From positions 35,898,001 to 35,962,000 of the forward strand of contig NC_087246.1 of NCBI RefSeq assembly GCF_037042905.1: a DNA stretch of 64,000 nucleotides, in the 5' to 3' direction. This stretch comes from Lytechinus pictus (lineage: Eukaryota). Each line of letters begins with the position of its first letter. Within the stretch, counting starts at the first letter, position 1. The notes beneath the pieces were generated by a model. That model was not told where the DNA came from. It worked only from the letters and a program-made list of their open reading frames with translations, and did no database searches. Shown one piece after another: positions 36,645 to 50,740 of this stretch. A program made the translations under genes and the position numbers.

Positions 36645-37462
36645 CAGGGGCGTCGATCCATTTTTCAGATTGGGGGGGCAAAATCATGAATCGTTCTAAA
36701 GGCGCTCGATCACACCAAACAAACTCACCCACACACACACACAGGCCTAATTATTATATATATATATGTGAAAAAGAGACTCGGACACATATCTCACCAA
36801 CAAATTAATGCGAGCGCGAAGCGCGAGCTGAAATGGTACCTGTTTAGGACTGTTTGTAGCAGTAACTCATGTGGGGGATACAAATCTCACTACACAGATA
36901 ATGCGAGTAACGAGAGCGAGCTGAAATTTCTTTATATTCTGACCTGAAAGATTCATTTTTGGTACTAATGATTAGAATGGGTATCTAAAATAACAATAGA
37001 TGCGAGCGCGAAGCGCGAGCTGAAAATTTTGATATTTCGATCTGAAAAAATTGACAGGTTAATGGACGTTTTTAATAAAGAACAAGATATATATTCAACA
37101 AAAGATTATTGCAAATCGGAGCGCGAGTTCTTTTTAGGATTAGAACTGAGAACGGGACATTCTGTTCACCTAATTAATCATGAAAAGTATGGGTTTTGGT
37201 ACATAAATGATGCGAGCGCGAAGCGCGAGCTGAAAATTTTATATTCCAATCTGAAAAACGGACATTTTGAGCACGATTTTAAATAAAGAACGAGTTGTGC
37301 ATCTCAATCTCGCTTGCTGATTTCTGTGTAACACTGCAATCTTATTTTATTTTTGCACATGCATGCGGAATTATTGGGGGGGCAAAACAATATGTTTGCC
37401 CCCCCAATATTTTCATTGGTGGGGCGATCGCCCCCCCTGCCCCCCCAGGATCGACGCCTCTG
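36645..37462. mobile_element. hAT-like non-autonomous element with internal GCGAAGC satellite
   Basis: TIR CAGGGGCGTCGATCC / GGATCGACGCCTCTG; perfect 8-bp TSD CTCAACAC. Confidence 0.88.
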
Positions 37463-37822
37463 CTCAACACTCATATGATCATACCTTGCTTATATTATTT
37501 ATTCATTCTTTCTCACAACTTTCATCGATCTGTTTCTCTTTTGTTTTCTGGGTCCTTTTTCAAAGTCTAACGTTTTCCAAGGTTTCATTTTCCTAGAAAT
37601 TCAGATAAGAAAACTGAGTGTGAAGTGAAGAAAAAAAAATCACATGAAAGAGGGGGTATAGTAAAACTTAAGAGGATGGTGATTCTTGAAGCGTTTGATT
37701 TGGTAGTGAAAGATGTGAGGTGTAGACTACTACTGACATCTCTCCTAGGAAATGGGACTCTGCATGATTATGACAGAAAATAACTGAGCAATACTCGATT
37801 ATACTTCAAAAACATATCCATA

Positions 37823-38070
37823 CACTGCAAAAACAACGGTGTTGATTTAACACCAGCCAGGTGTATCAATATTGGAAAACACCAGGGAAGTGTTGTAAAC
37901 AACACCAGGTACAATTAAACCTATATTGCGGGTTTAACACTGCTTAGTGATGTTCAAATGCCATTTCTGTTGTTGTTCAATTTGGTGTTAGCCTAAAACC
38001 AAAGTGGTGCCGTATCAACACCTCTCTGGTCTTATACCAAGCTGGTGTTAACACACATATTTTTGCAGTG
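37823..38070. mobile_element. CACTG-ended (CACTA/EnSpm-like) MITE
   Basis: TIR CACTGCAAAAA / TTTTTGCAGTG; TA on both flanks; internal AACACC/GGTGTT motifs. Confidence 0.75.
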
Positions 38071-38380
38071 TATCCCCCCACTTCTCTTTAGGGCCTGAAT
38101 GACAATGCTTACAAGTTTTACAAAAGCAATCCAAACATATTGTATAATTGGGAAACAGATGTAGGCTTTAATTGCATTTCCTCTTGTTATGAAATATCTG
38201 AGGAACATTGGGTGATTTCAAATACGGTGTTGAAATCTGGTGTTGTGACAACACCAACACCAGCCACAATACCGAAACTTGAAATCACACATTTACAGGA
38301 CCTTACACTTCTTCCCGATTCTTGATTTTATTGTTACATTTGGGGATATATTAATGATTTAATATGTTTTAGGGTTAAAG

Positions 38381-38816
38381 CCCGGGGGCCAGTCAAATAT
38401 ATTGCTGTACACACGCGTGACCAAAAAACGCGTTGAAAGGGGTGTTTTTTCAGTTTTGGTCGCGGTCAATGCGTTGACTCGTTAAGGGTATCAAAAACAC
38501 AGATTTCAAGAAAAAGTGTGGTTTTGAAAGACTGGTCAATGGTCAATCGCGAGGTCAAATGTATTTAGGGTATGTTTTTTTTCCCCAAAGCCTTTTTTTA
38601 AGACTAGCCAGAGGTGTTTAGGGCATTTTTCCCCCGAGATCATATTTTGGCGACAACTTGTTTAGGGGCCAAAATGTGTAAATAAGCCCGCGAAAAACTT
38701 GTTTAGGTGGTTATTTTGCACACAGAGAAAAACTCGTTTAGGGGGTGTTTGGAAATTCCTTGGTCACGCGTGTGTACAGCAATATATTTGACTGCCCCCC
38801 CCCCCCGGGGGGGGGG
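38381..38816. mobile_element. CCCGGG-ended non-autonomous DNA element
   Basis: TIR CAGTCAAATATATTGCTGTACACACGCGTGACCA; TSD GGTTAAAG. Confidence 0.85.
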
Positions 38817-38937
38817 GGTTAAAGGACGCATCGTAGATTTGATCAAACAGATCACATAAACTATAAGCACACGGTACATTTCAATCTTTCATCGATTAAG
38901 ATTAAAATCATCATTTTAAATATTTATATGATTCAAG

Positions 38938-40101
38938 TTAATATGAGCATGAGCCCTGCCACCATTCTTCCCAATCTGATATCTTTGTTTTTATAGCTGA
39001 ATCTATGCTAGCTCCCTTCATTTCGTCATCGTACATTCGCTGGAAAATGGGGCATATGTTTTTTGTCCCAAAAAGATCCGCCACGCTGACAGTGACCACA
39101 TTCCCTCGCTTCTTCCAATCGAAGAAGCGATTGTAGAGTTTATCGTTACTGTCTACAAGTTTGATATAGTCCGCCAGTTCTTGAACGGACCCAAAGTCAC
39201 TGACGTGGATAAAGGAGTTTGGAGGGCCGACCCGTTCGTAGTCTTCGCGGGGTGGTCCGTCGACAATAGGCACCGTTCCGCTTGCAAGGCTCATGAAAAA
39301 CTTTTCAGTGATGAAATCGCGACATCGACTGTTCTCCAGTGCAAGTGAAAACTTGTAAAATCTCAATTTCTCTAGACATCCCACGGACTCTTCGCATGGC
39401 TTGGACTCGGGGTCTGTGCATTCCCCGTACAGGTCAACTGGTACAAATTCTTTCAGTTCCTTGATAAAGCTGTCACGCTTCCAAGTCGCCGGATGGCAGT
39501 CTGCTGCGGGTGCGATCAGGATATTTGTTTTTTCTGCCGCCCAGTTTTGATCATCGTCTGCTTCTATTTCATCTTTTGTTTCATTATAATAACCAAACCC
39601 AGCAGGAAAATCAGAATCTTGTCGATAAGTCATTGTGTAATCATAGGAGTCACTATTGTATTCAATTGGAGGCATGACATCGGGACGAGTCCTTGTAGGA
39701 CTTTCTCGGCTGTAGAAGAACCACTTTTGACCATGCGGGCGCGCAGAACGCATCTTGTCCCACCCCCATTCCGCATCAGAAAAGAAAACCACTCCATCGC
39801 TCAGTTTGGTCGTCGAGAGGTTGGTGTTAGCTACGATGGATGCTTCGCAAGGGACACCTGGACACTGAAATCGGAAGGGCTCGTTTGAATATCCATAAAT
39901 ATGTGCATTTGTCCACAACTGAAGTTGCCTCGTGCACTTCGACGTCAGCAACGGCCTCTGAGCCAAGAGCCTGGATATATAGTCTTTCGAGTGATATCCT
40001 TTGCCCGGCGTAGGGTCATCGGTTATCCAGATGACCAAACAGCCAATGAGAGAAAAGCAGATCATACTCAGTGCAACGAATTTTCTCACCAACTTCCACA
40101 T
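38938..40101 (-). CDS. Alpha-1,3/4-fucosyltransferase, GT10 family (387 aa, single coding exon, type II membrane protein)
   Basis: N-terminal TM FVALSMICFSLIGCLVIWI; FYSRESP, TMTYRQDSD; signature YKFSLALENSRCRDFITEKF; PPNSFIHVSDF; acceptor at 40177. Confidence 0.93.
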   Translation of the reverse strand: MWKLVRKFVALSMICFSLIGCLVIWITDDPTPGKGYHSKDYISRLLAQRPLLTSKCTRQLQLWTNAHIYGYSNEPFRFQCPGVPCEASIVANTNLSTTKLSDGVVFFSDAEWGWDKMRSARPHGQKWFFYSRESPTRTRPDVMPPIEYNSDSYDYTMTYRQDSDFPAGFGYYNETKDEIEADDDQNWAAEKTNILIAPAADCHPATWKRDSFIKELKEFVPVDLYGECTDPESKPCEESVGCLEKLRFYKFSLALENSRCRDFITEKFFMSLASGTVPIVDGPPREDYERVGPPNSFIHVSDFGSVQELADYIKLVDSNDKLYNRFFDWKKRGNVVTVSVADLFGTKNICPIFQRMYDDEMKGASIDSAIKTKISDWEEWWQGSCSY

Positions 40102-41904
40102 AATTTTCGACCACAATGGGTATATTCAGTTGATTTGATGAATTTACCTTGCCTTGGAAGGCCTCATGAGCTCAATCTATAGAGAGAAAAGGGAAGAAAA
40201 GGAAAATACCATGTGATAAAAATATTGACTGATGAAATATGCAATTCAACCACCAAATAATACGTAATAGCCCCCTAGTCTCTCAGACGAGATAAATTAT
40301 ATCCCTATTTTGTGGTAGAATAGTATGAAATACGCTATGTGTATTTACTAAAAATGTCATTATAATTGCTCCGGCTTGCTTCCCCAAATCGTTTCGCATA
40401 ATTGCAGTTTCCACCTTATCCATTATCCTACATAATATGAGTGATTGAAAACAAAAAAAGCTTTCCTGATAAAAGCAGTGTTATTTAACATATATTTCGT
40501 CATGGATAGGATATAATATTATGTCTACTTTAATAGAAATTAATATTCAGTAAATTTACTCGCTGTAGTAAATCCTTTCCAAAATCATCTTGCCTCTTCC
40601 ATTCTGTTTAAGTCACTAGCGAGGACAAGTAAGCACCGTTTGTGGTGGAAGTGTTATCTATAATCATTAACTGGGTGTGTGAAAAAAAAGTTTGCGTCGA
40701 TCTTAACAGTCGCTTATTTCAAAATTGCAATGGGATATCCTGCATCACATTAGTGCTTTATTCCTAATCAGTTGATGTCAGCTTTGTGATGTCTCTCTCC
40801 ACGCTTGAATAAAAAGAAATCGCAAAAAATACTTGCGGTCTCGCACCAAAGTAATGCAAATCATTCTTTGAGGAAACCATTGATCAATTCCTTTTCCGCT
40901 ACCCGTATATACCTAAACCAGAATTGATATATAGCTAGCATATAGTATTGGGGATACGGGGTTTAGGTTTGAGTACGGGTTATCCTTATTGGGATTCAAT
41001 TTCGAATTTGGACCGTTAGGCCTATAATAACAGATAGGATTTTCCGCGGGTCTTGGCATTATATACAAAACTTTTCCTATCATTTTTGTTTGCTTATAGG
41101 GGGGGCTTATTTCCGAACTCTTATCTTTATACATAAGGATAAATGTTTACCGCGCTCAAGCTATATTGAACAGCTTCAAATTCCCTTCCAAGAAACTTAC
41201 TTTCAGCCTTTCATTAAAAATATATGAAAAACAGCCCCCCTCTTTTCCCACTCTTTTATTTAAATTTTTTTATTCTCTCTCCCCTACTCGTTACCTAATT
41301 CTCTTTCTTTTTCACTTTTTTCTCCTTTTCCTCTTCATTAATTTAATTATATCTCACTTCTTTTTATCAGTTTTTTTCCTTCTCAATTTCTCTTCGACCT
41401 CATCCCCTCTTTTTATATACATTTCCACTCCTTGCATTTTATTAAGGCTATTGAGACGGTTATCATTATAAAATGAACTTTAAAAAATAACATTAAGCTA
41501 TAAACGTGAGCTCCTCCCTCTCCCAAATTTCATATATCCCGCCTGGGCTACATAGGATTCGTGTATTTCTTGCTAGCAAGCGAGCGATCATCTTCTTTCC
41601 TCGCTTATCGTCGAACTTGGAGCAGGTAAACCCTGTCTAATAAAACGCCACTCCTGTAGGCTTCCATAATATGGTAGGCGCGTACTTCTCCCGATTTTCA
41701 GCTCATCACTAGTACGATAGACATAAATATTTGGATGCAAGCAGGTTATAAAATTTGTACCGCCTAGAGAGAAAAAAGAAGTACACTACTTCTATTCAAT
41801 ACGATGAAACTTATGGCATATCCCTGCACATCTATTATATGAGCCCGAGAAATTATACATCTCCCAAAACCCCGGTATATCAGAGGTTTCCGCGCCTCGC
41901 TTAA

Positions 41905-43017
41905 AGGACAAATCCACCCAAATAAAATGTTGATTTAAATAAAAAGAGAAAAATCCAACACGCATAACACTGAAAATTTCATCAAAATCGGATGTAAAAT
42001 AAGAAAGTTATGACATTTTAATCCTGGTCGGTATGTCATCCACTCACTATTTCTTTTGTATTTCATATAAGATATAAAATATAGTAATTTTCTCCTCACT
42101 GTCAAGTGAAACAACGATTAATTCCTCCCTGAACATAAGGAATTAGCATTGTTTGATACTACGGTTCAGTCAAGTTGGTCCATTTATGTAAAATCTGTAA
42201 AAACTTAAATATTGTATATAATTCAAACAATAAAAAACAAAAGAAATAGTGAGTGAGGGATCGTCGTCTGTCTCATTTGCATGTCACTGAGTTGTGCATA
42301 TCACTGTTTTGTGAAAAATAAGTGTCATAACTTTCTTATTTTACATCCGATTTTGATGAAATTTTCAGCGTTATGCTTGTCTGATTTTTCTCTATTTATT
42401 CAAATCAACATTTTTCTGGGGTGGACTTGACCTTTAAAGGACAAGTCCACCCCGACAAGAAGTTGATATGGATAAAAAGAGGAAAATCCAACAAGCATAA
42501 CACTAACAATTTCATCAAATCGGATGTAAAATAAGAAAGTTATGCTATTTTAAAGTTTTGCTTAATTTCACAAAACAGTTATATGCACATCATGGTTAGT
42601 ATGCAAATGAGGAAACTGATGACGTCATCCACTCACTATTTCTTTTGTATTTTATTATATGAAATATTCTAATTTTCTCCTCATTGTCAAGTGAAACAAA
42701 GATTAATTCCTCCCTGAACATGTGGAATTAGCATGGTTTAATACTATCTGTTTCAGCCAAGTTGGTCCGTATTGTCAGATCTATAAAAATGAAATACTGT
42801 ATTAATTCAAACAATAAAAAACAAAAGAAATAGTGAGTGATGGACATCATCGACTGACTCACCTAATTGTGCATATCACTGTTTTGTGAAAAATAAACGA
42901 AACTTTAAAATGTCAGATTTTTTTTTTTATCCGATTATGATGAAATTTTCAGCACTATGCTAGTTTGATTATTCTCTATTTATTCAAGTCAGCATTTTCG
43001 TGGGGTGGACTTGACCT
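41905..43017. mobile_element. Two head-to-tail Kolobok-like non-autonomous elements (41905-42433, 42438-43017)
   Basis: TTAA|AGGACAA(A/G)TCCACCC..GGGTGGACTTGACCT|TTAA; long imperfect TIRs; shared TTAA at 42434-42437. Confidence 0.85.
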
Positions 43018-45676
43018 TTAAGAAGGGAAATCCCCCGGGGAAATCCCTTTGGCTTGCACCGTCTCTTTTCCATTTTTGCGTTATTTTCCCTCTAATGAAG
43101 CTTTATAATCTCAGAAAAGCAAGTGATCTTAGAGTGGGCGAAGGTACTAGAGAATAAACATTACAGCATTTGGTTTACAACTTGATGAAACTTCCCGCCA
43201 CTTTCATATCGCTATAAAGCTATGCGAGGGAAGGAATATATTCTCCCTGCAAACATACCCGTCTTCTCGGTTTAGCGAAAAATATCTTTATTGTGTCTTT
43301 TTACCACTATTTTTTGCAATCAGATCTGATTGCGGTTGAAGCATTTAATATGACTTTATAGAATGCCTTTCATTTTCCAAAAAAAAATGATTAAACGTTT
43401 TAGCGCTGGAATATCAGGAATAATTTTTCTTTTTTTTTCACCTCGTCTCTTCTTGCGTTTTTTTGCACTTTGGAGTACTATAATTCACATCAGTCGACGT
43501 ACATTGCAAATATAGTTTGTGTTTTTTACCCCTCCTGACCTCAGAACCTTGATGTTACGAGGAAAATCAAGTTTTTAAGTAAAAAAAGTGTAAAAGCGAA
43601 TCCAACCCAAATAAAAAGTTGTTTTTAGAGGAAATAGAAAATTAAATTCAGACAAGTTGATGGATGAAAGTTTGAATAAAATCGGACAAACAGTAGAAAA
43701 TTATGAATATTAAAAGTTGTAAAAATATGTAATCACTAATATAATACTCATGGCCGAAGACTTCAAATTTGCCGCATTTGTGATGTCATAATGATGTAAG
43801 TCAAGGACTACTCTAAATGGCTTTTTTTTTCAAAAGTTTTACTTCAATTTATATTTTTCTTCTATGAGGACATAAAACAATATGCTACCTAGTTTATATT
43901 TAGATTAATATACTGCCCCAGGGGATTGGCCGGGTACTTAGGAGAAAACCACAAAATCCTATAAATTCATGGCCTAAGGGAAAGTTCCCCTGCCCCCTAT
44001 CATACTGAGCCTACCCAGCTGCAAATTTGAAATTTACATAATAATAGTCTTGGGGATAACCTATAATTGCTTGTCCGATTTCTTTCAAACTTTCACCATA
44101 TTCTGTTTTTCTCTTTTCCAACACAACATTTTATGACGAAGGTTTGATTCTATATAGTCACAGCTGAAATATTGAAATTATCAATATTCACATTTATAAT
44201 TAAAATTACAAAATCCCCCTAAATCAAAGAGACAAAATGGCAGAAATTAGGGCCTATTAATAAGTTTGAGGCAAAAAAAAAGTCCCTGCATGGTGGATGT
44301 TCCTTCACTATTTGGTTATAATTATATCGTTACATTTGTCGTGCATTAATGACCAGCATGTTCAAAGCGAAATAAAATATTTCAAAAGTCAAGAGCATTT
44401 TTATGATATTATGTTGCCCCATTCCCTTTCTGGTGAACGTTCAAGTATTGTACTAGGTTTTTCTTTCTTTTCATCGCTGGATCCGTGCATGGTTGCAAAT
44501 AATCACGGCAATTAATATATCTTGACAAAGCATTTTTTATCGACTTGCATGGTTCAATGATGAGTTCCGAAGTCACTTTCAGCCCTCCAAAAAAAAACTC
44601 TTCAAGTTAATATTTCGACCAATACGTTTTCCAAATTGTGCCGTTTTTAGTTAGAGCCGGAATTTACTTTTGAGTAGGCGAAATATATTATTGATTTCAT
44701 ATATATACATGTATATCTCTACTCACGTTCTCACTGCCTGGAGACCAGCTGATGAGAGTATGCGTTCTGATGAGCATTACCAATTTCGATATTCTGCCAC
44801 CAAATCAGCTTGTAGACATCGCCTTATTTTAGCTCATCTTGTACATCTATATACCAAGGAGTATATCCATAGTCGAACCAAAGCCAGTCCTATACCGACC
44901 AATTGGTTTACATACCAGTACATCTGTGCTGAAGTTGTGTACCTACAATATTTGCTTTGCGTGAGATAAGCCGGTTGCATGATTTCACTTCACATACGAG
45001 CTGAAACTATACAGAGTTGTTATACGATTACGTAACATAAGGAAGTATTGTGAAAAAGAGAAAGTTTATCGTGTGTGTTTTTTTTTTGGCGGGGTTAACT
45101 TTATTAGGAGTTAAAACTTTAGCATTGATGGCGATCTGGCCTTCCATTGACCTACATTGTTTCATTTTAGTTTCATTATACCATGGAGCTATTAAACATG
45201 ATTATACCATGCAGTAGGTCCATGATTACTGTTTATTCGAAGAAAAAGCTAAACGCCGCAGTCTCCATAACATAGACCGATGCACTTTTCACATTTTTTT
45301 ACTAATTCGTCATTCTCATGTCTCCTTTTCTGCCTATCTCTCTCTCCCCTCTCCTCTCCCCCTCCCTCCAATCTCTCCTTATCTCCATCATGATTTCCCT
45401 TTCCCTATCCTATTTTTTTACAATAAAAACAGTTTCTTAAATTGCATATTTGTGACTATTTAGTCCTCGTACTTACCGAATGGCATACACCGACGATCAA
45501 TGGAGAGTGACTTGGGAGTTGAATAATAAACTAAGTATATGTCTGAAGGGAGGTCTATTACGAAAGATTCCTGACAATAATTGGGTGAGATGGCCGAGGA
45601 GGGGGGGTGTAGAGTGGGAGAGGAGGAAAGAGGAAGAGGGGAAGAGAGTGATAAAATTAAACTATAACTTGTTCTC

Positions 45677-46011
45677 CCCCGGGGGGGGGGGGGCAGTCAA
45701 ATATATTGCTGTACACATGCGCTTTTTCCCCGGGGCTTTTTCCTGGTTTCTGAAGAGTGTTCGGATTCTTCCCGATCGTAAGCAACGACCCTGGGAACGG
45801 GCCTGGGAAACGGGAAAACTTGTATTAGTGTCATTCTGGCCGGGGCGGCAACTTGTTTAGGGGCCAAAATGTGTAAATGGAGTCCCGCGAAAAAAAACTT
45901 GTTTAGGGGGTTATTTTGCACACAGAGGAAAACTCGTTAAGGGGGTGTTTGGAAATAATTTGGTCACGCATGTGTCATACAGCAATATATTTGACTGCCC
46001 CCCCCCCCCGG
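45677..46011. mobile_element. CCCGGG-ended element, same family as 38381-38816
   Basis: Same TIR; flanks TTGTTCTC / TAGTTCTC. Confidence 0.8.
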
Positions 46012-46821
46012 TAGTTCTCGAAAACTTATACATCAGAAACCATCAGACCACAGACCTCGAAAAAACAGACACAAAGACAAAATTGTTTCACTCCGAAACT
46101 TTTCAATTTTTACAGAAATTACTCGATATGTAAAATGGGGAGGGAATAATTTCCATAGGTAACAATACCAGTAAACATTCTCAAATAATTCAAACATCAC
46201 AATTTGTCACTATAAATATTTCTTAGCAGGTATGTTTTCTGAAGTATGGGATGAAAACAAAATACAGAGGAATTCTACTAATCAAAATTATTTTTATTAT
46301 TATTATTATTATCATCGTTATTATTTATGTTGTTATTATTATTACTTATTATTATTATCATTATTATTAATAATTATCATTATTACAGTGGTCCACTTGC
46401 ACTCCCCCAATCAGTTATATCGAGAGGAGAGACCTGCTGGTCATAGTGATTCAGTTCGCTTTTCGCCTCCCATGCAGGCACAGGTGACGCCAAAACAAAT
46501 GATAATTATTATTCATTATTGTTGTTGTTATCAATATTTTAGTTTTATTTATTTCGTTTATTAATTTATTTTTCGGGCGGGGGAGGGGCTTGTCAGAACA
46601 TTTTAGAAAAGTGGGCGACTCGACTTTTTACTTCAATGTCGATAGGGGTGCAAGACAAGGAGATCCATTGTCTCCTTATTTGAAACATTTTCTCATGTGA
46701 TTCGAAATGGTAATTTGCACTGGCGTAAATCCGTGTTGATGGGTGGGGGGGATGACTGAAATATTTTGGCTTTTTTTTTTTGCAATCATAGATATGCAAG
46801 GAATTGCCATTGATATGTCCA

Positions 46822-47642
46822 CAGTGGCGTACCGTGGGTCACGGCATTGGGGGGGGGGGCACCAGCAAAATTTTTGAATCACTGAGTGAGTGCGCTCAGT
46901 TGCCAGTTATACTGACCTAATAAAGACATTTTAAGGACAATGTCATTAAACTGATATGTATCTCACTGATCAAATAATGCGAGCGCGAAGCGCGAGCTGA
47001 AATTTTTATATATTCACACTTAAAAAGGGACATTATAATCAAATTTGTGTAATCACGATAGGTACCTGTCTCGCTAAACAATGCGAGCGCGAAGCGCGAG
47101 CTGAAAATTTAGATAATTCAGACCTGAAGTGGGGCATTCTAAGGTTTTTTTTTGTAAGAATTAACTAGGACCATACGTATTTCATTAACCAAATAATGCG
47201 AGCGCGAAGCGCGAGCTGAAAATTTTTGATATTCAGATTAGAAGGGACATTTTAAGGACTGATTTTAGGAATTTATGAAAAGCAGACATATCTCACCAAT
47301 CCACTAATGCGAACGTAATCACGGACAGGAAATGTTTCATATATACGTAGACCTTACCATGGGGCAATCACTTTTTGAGTCGTGAAAAAGAAGCATATGT
47401 CACTACATAAAACAATGATAACTCAAGTGCTAGGAAATATATTTGGTTTATATTGACTTGAAAACGGAATGTTTTAGTACAACAGGATTATATATCACGT
47501 TAAACAGACTGTGCGAGCACCAGGAACAATGAAGACGTAGGCCCTGGGCAAATTATGTTTCATAAAGTTATGATAAATATGTTTCTTATGTAATGTAACA
47601 TAACATAATTATAATATCATGCCCCCCGTAGTTACGCCACTG
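46822..47642. mobile_element. hAT-like non-autonomous element with internal GCGAAGC satellite
   Basis: TIR CAGTGGCGTA / TACGCCACTG; perfect 8-bp TSD TATGTCCA. Confidence 0.88.
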
Positions 47643-47799
47643 TATGTCCATATGGCAAATACCCCTCCAATATTATTATCTTTTTTACCCCATGATGGTT
47701 TAATGGTTTTATTAGAGATTACATTAAAAAAAAAATGACATTCCATCTTAATCCCTTCCCAAAGACCCCAACATTGATGAATTGGAAGAGACGGGGGTT

Positions 47800-50740
47800 T
47801 CTCTTCAATGTTCAAAGGACATAAGTATTTCATTTGGAAATGGTGAACTGGCTCTTTATTTGCATTTTATGATTCAATGATATTGTTTTATTTGTTAAGC
47901 GGTATTTTAGGAAGAATTTTCACCAATAAAACAATTATCTTTTGTGATTTTTTTCATTTCTTTCGTAAAAAGTGGGGGGGGGGTGTTTGTACAGGCCATC
48001 CCCCCCTCCTCGAAAAGTGGGGGGGATATATCCCCCCCCCATCCCCCCCGGGATTTACGCCAGTGGTAATTTGGTTTTGGATTTACAATTTGGAGACACA
48101 GAAGTGAAACAAGTACTATATGCCGATGATATTAATCTTTTTTGTTAAAAATCTTCAAATTCAGATTCATTTATTTGTCCATGCATATCCTCCACTGGCG
48201 GTATACTGACAATAATAATGTAAACTATATAAATACACGCTAAAGACGTATAAATTGGACAATATTTAAACATTACAGGAATGTAAATAAACATGTATTG
48301 CAATTACAACATAAAAAGGAATTGAAAACCAATAAATTACTCATACAGGCAAAGAATGAAGAAACGTCTGGAGAGAGATACAGCTAAAAGTTAAAGAATG
48401 AAAGAGACAAAAGCGAAATGAAAAAAAAATGGATAGAGAAATAGACAGAAATTGGACGAAGAAAAAAAAAGGAACGTAATTAGAAAAAGGATAATGGAAA
48501 CAGAGGAGGAGAGAGAGGGAGAGTGCCAAAGTGCCAAAGGATTGATAAAATGCGTTACAACATGATATACACAGCTGCAATTCAAGTAATTTCATAAGAA
48601 TAAAATTATTATAAATATAAAACCCGGCTTTGTGATGCATTTACGGCAGAGGCAATTAGAATCGACAATCTTAATTCAATGAACCATTTAGAAATAACAT
48701 TCAAAAGTTTCGTAAGTGTGTCTGGGTTGAAAATGAATAAAGAAAAGATATATATAATCATGATAATGCTATCACTGGCGTACAGATGGGGGGCCTGGGG
48801 GGCTCTTCCCCCCAAAAAAATCACGACCAAGAAAAAAAAAAAGGAAAGAGAAAAGAGTGAAATGTGATATCATTTCCTAAAATTATTACAAAACCTTTCA
48901 CAAAATTGTATTTTTTTTAATAAAAATGACAATTTTTTTGCTCGCTCGCAACTTTTTAATAATTTTACGCGATACGCCATATCTAGCCCCTCAATTTTTG
49001 TTTTGCTCATTACGCCACTAAATGCTATTTGGCAATGTTAATCAAGAAAAACCAGGGGCACTCCATTTCGGAAAATTAGTACCATTCATAAAATTATTAG
49101 GGGTATTTTTTAGCTTAACAGGTAAAAGAGAGTATGAACTATATGAAGAAGTTTTGAGCAAAATTAAAAACTCCCTCTCACGGTATGCTTGGGTAAATTG
49201 ACCTTTGATTTTTTATGAAGAGAAAAAGACAAGGTTAAGAGAACTACAATGTTTCTTGATTTCAAATATGAGGAACTTAAAATGATGAATTTTTGTCTAT
49301 ATCACAGTTTTGGAATCAACAAATGAAATGGATTTGTATTGTTATTACTTCATTTTTCTCTGTAAATACGATATTCTAAAGTACAGTTAAAGCTGCATGT
49401 CTTTATCGCCGTTTTATTTACAGCTATTAAATACATGGTTGGAATCGTAACATCTGTAACAGTAATCTGTAATGAAGTCATTTTTAATAATAAATATATT
49501 GTTTTCGGGGCTTTCCATTCCATCATGCAGATCTAATATCGAAAGGTATTTATTCAGGTTAAAACATGTTGCAGATAAAGATGGTGAATTGAAAACGGAT
49601 GCAATTTCAAAAGTAAAGGTCTCACTTCATCATATTCATGGAATATAATTATTACAGGTAATAATTATGCCTATATTTGAGAAAATTCCGCCCAGTTGGA
49701 AAAGGTAAATGCATTTCACGGAAGAAAAGAAAAAAGAGAAATAGATCTGGAAAAAATTTTATTCATTGTTTTGGGGAATTGAACTCGTCTTAAAAAAGAT
49801 GGTAAAGAACTATTCTCAATTCTAAATTAGAAGTTAATCGGTTCAAAGAATAATTTAGTTTGTCTAAAGAGATATGCCTATTGAAAACACTTTCTCAGGC
49901 CGAGAAAATGTATTTTGAATAGTAAGCTGAGGGAATTTCAATTCAAAATGCTATGGGATTATTTACACGAATTGTGATTTATATTGATTTGGTCTTACTG
50001 ATCTGCAGTTTTGTCAGATAGAAGTAGAAACCTGTTCACATTCGTTTGCTATGGGGGGGGGGGGGCATGTGAATACTGGTAAAGGTTTGAGAAAAATCCA
50101 ACAAAGATTAAGGAAGTTATTAAAATTTAAGTTTTGGATATGTGACGTCATAAACGAGCATCTGTTATAAAATGCATGAATTTCAAATTTTTATTGGTTC
50201 ATGATGACTTACTTCCCGGGCTTATTTTTGTTTTCTTTTTAGGAAGGGGTGTGAAATGATTTGCCTACAGATATACTAAATGTCACAATGAAAACTATTA
50301 TCAATTTTCTGAGATAATGACATTTCATTATTTTTTCTTACCATTCGATATGTAGGAATGCTGATCGCATATTACGTTACAAATCAAATAATTAAAATTC
50401 TAATAAGTTTTCTATTCTTTGATGGATTTTTCTCAAACCTTCGGCAATGTTTTTAAGTATTTTTCTGCTAAAATTTTTTGCAATTATCTTTTTGTCAGGG
50501 TGAACTTCCCCCTTAACTTACTCATTTTTAAGAACTGGATTGGGAAGGAATATTTTTGGTGCACCCTTGGGTGATACCAGGAAGACGTATTATTGTGTAA
50601 TATTGTTATTGAAATATATCCTATATTCAATCTAAAAAGAAAAATATACCTCCTTATATAACCACTGGAAGTGAAAGAAATTTTCGTAAGAAATAAATTT
50701 GAGGAAAAAAGGATATACGTCATTTTTAAACATGGGAGGC
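47800..50740 (+). pseudogene. Heavily degraded L1/Tx1-clade LINE ORF2 relic, interrupted by younger insertions
   Basis: Collinear fragments QFGDTEVKQVLYADDINLF (~48085-48140), FVSVSGLKMNKEK (~48710), IKLLGV (~49088), KLREFQFKML (~49924), FCQIEVET (~50010); boundaries approximate. Confidence 0.65.
48773..49020. mobile_element. Short hAT-like MITE
   Basis: CACTGGCGTA / TACGCCACTA; perfect 8-bp TSD AATGCTAT. Confidence 0.8.

Noticed and set aside
40102-40116. ORF-track start of the fucosyltransferase
   Set aside because: It is a TTG; the first in-frame ATG after the upstream stops is 40101
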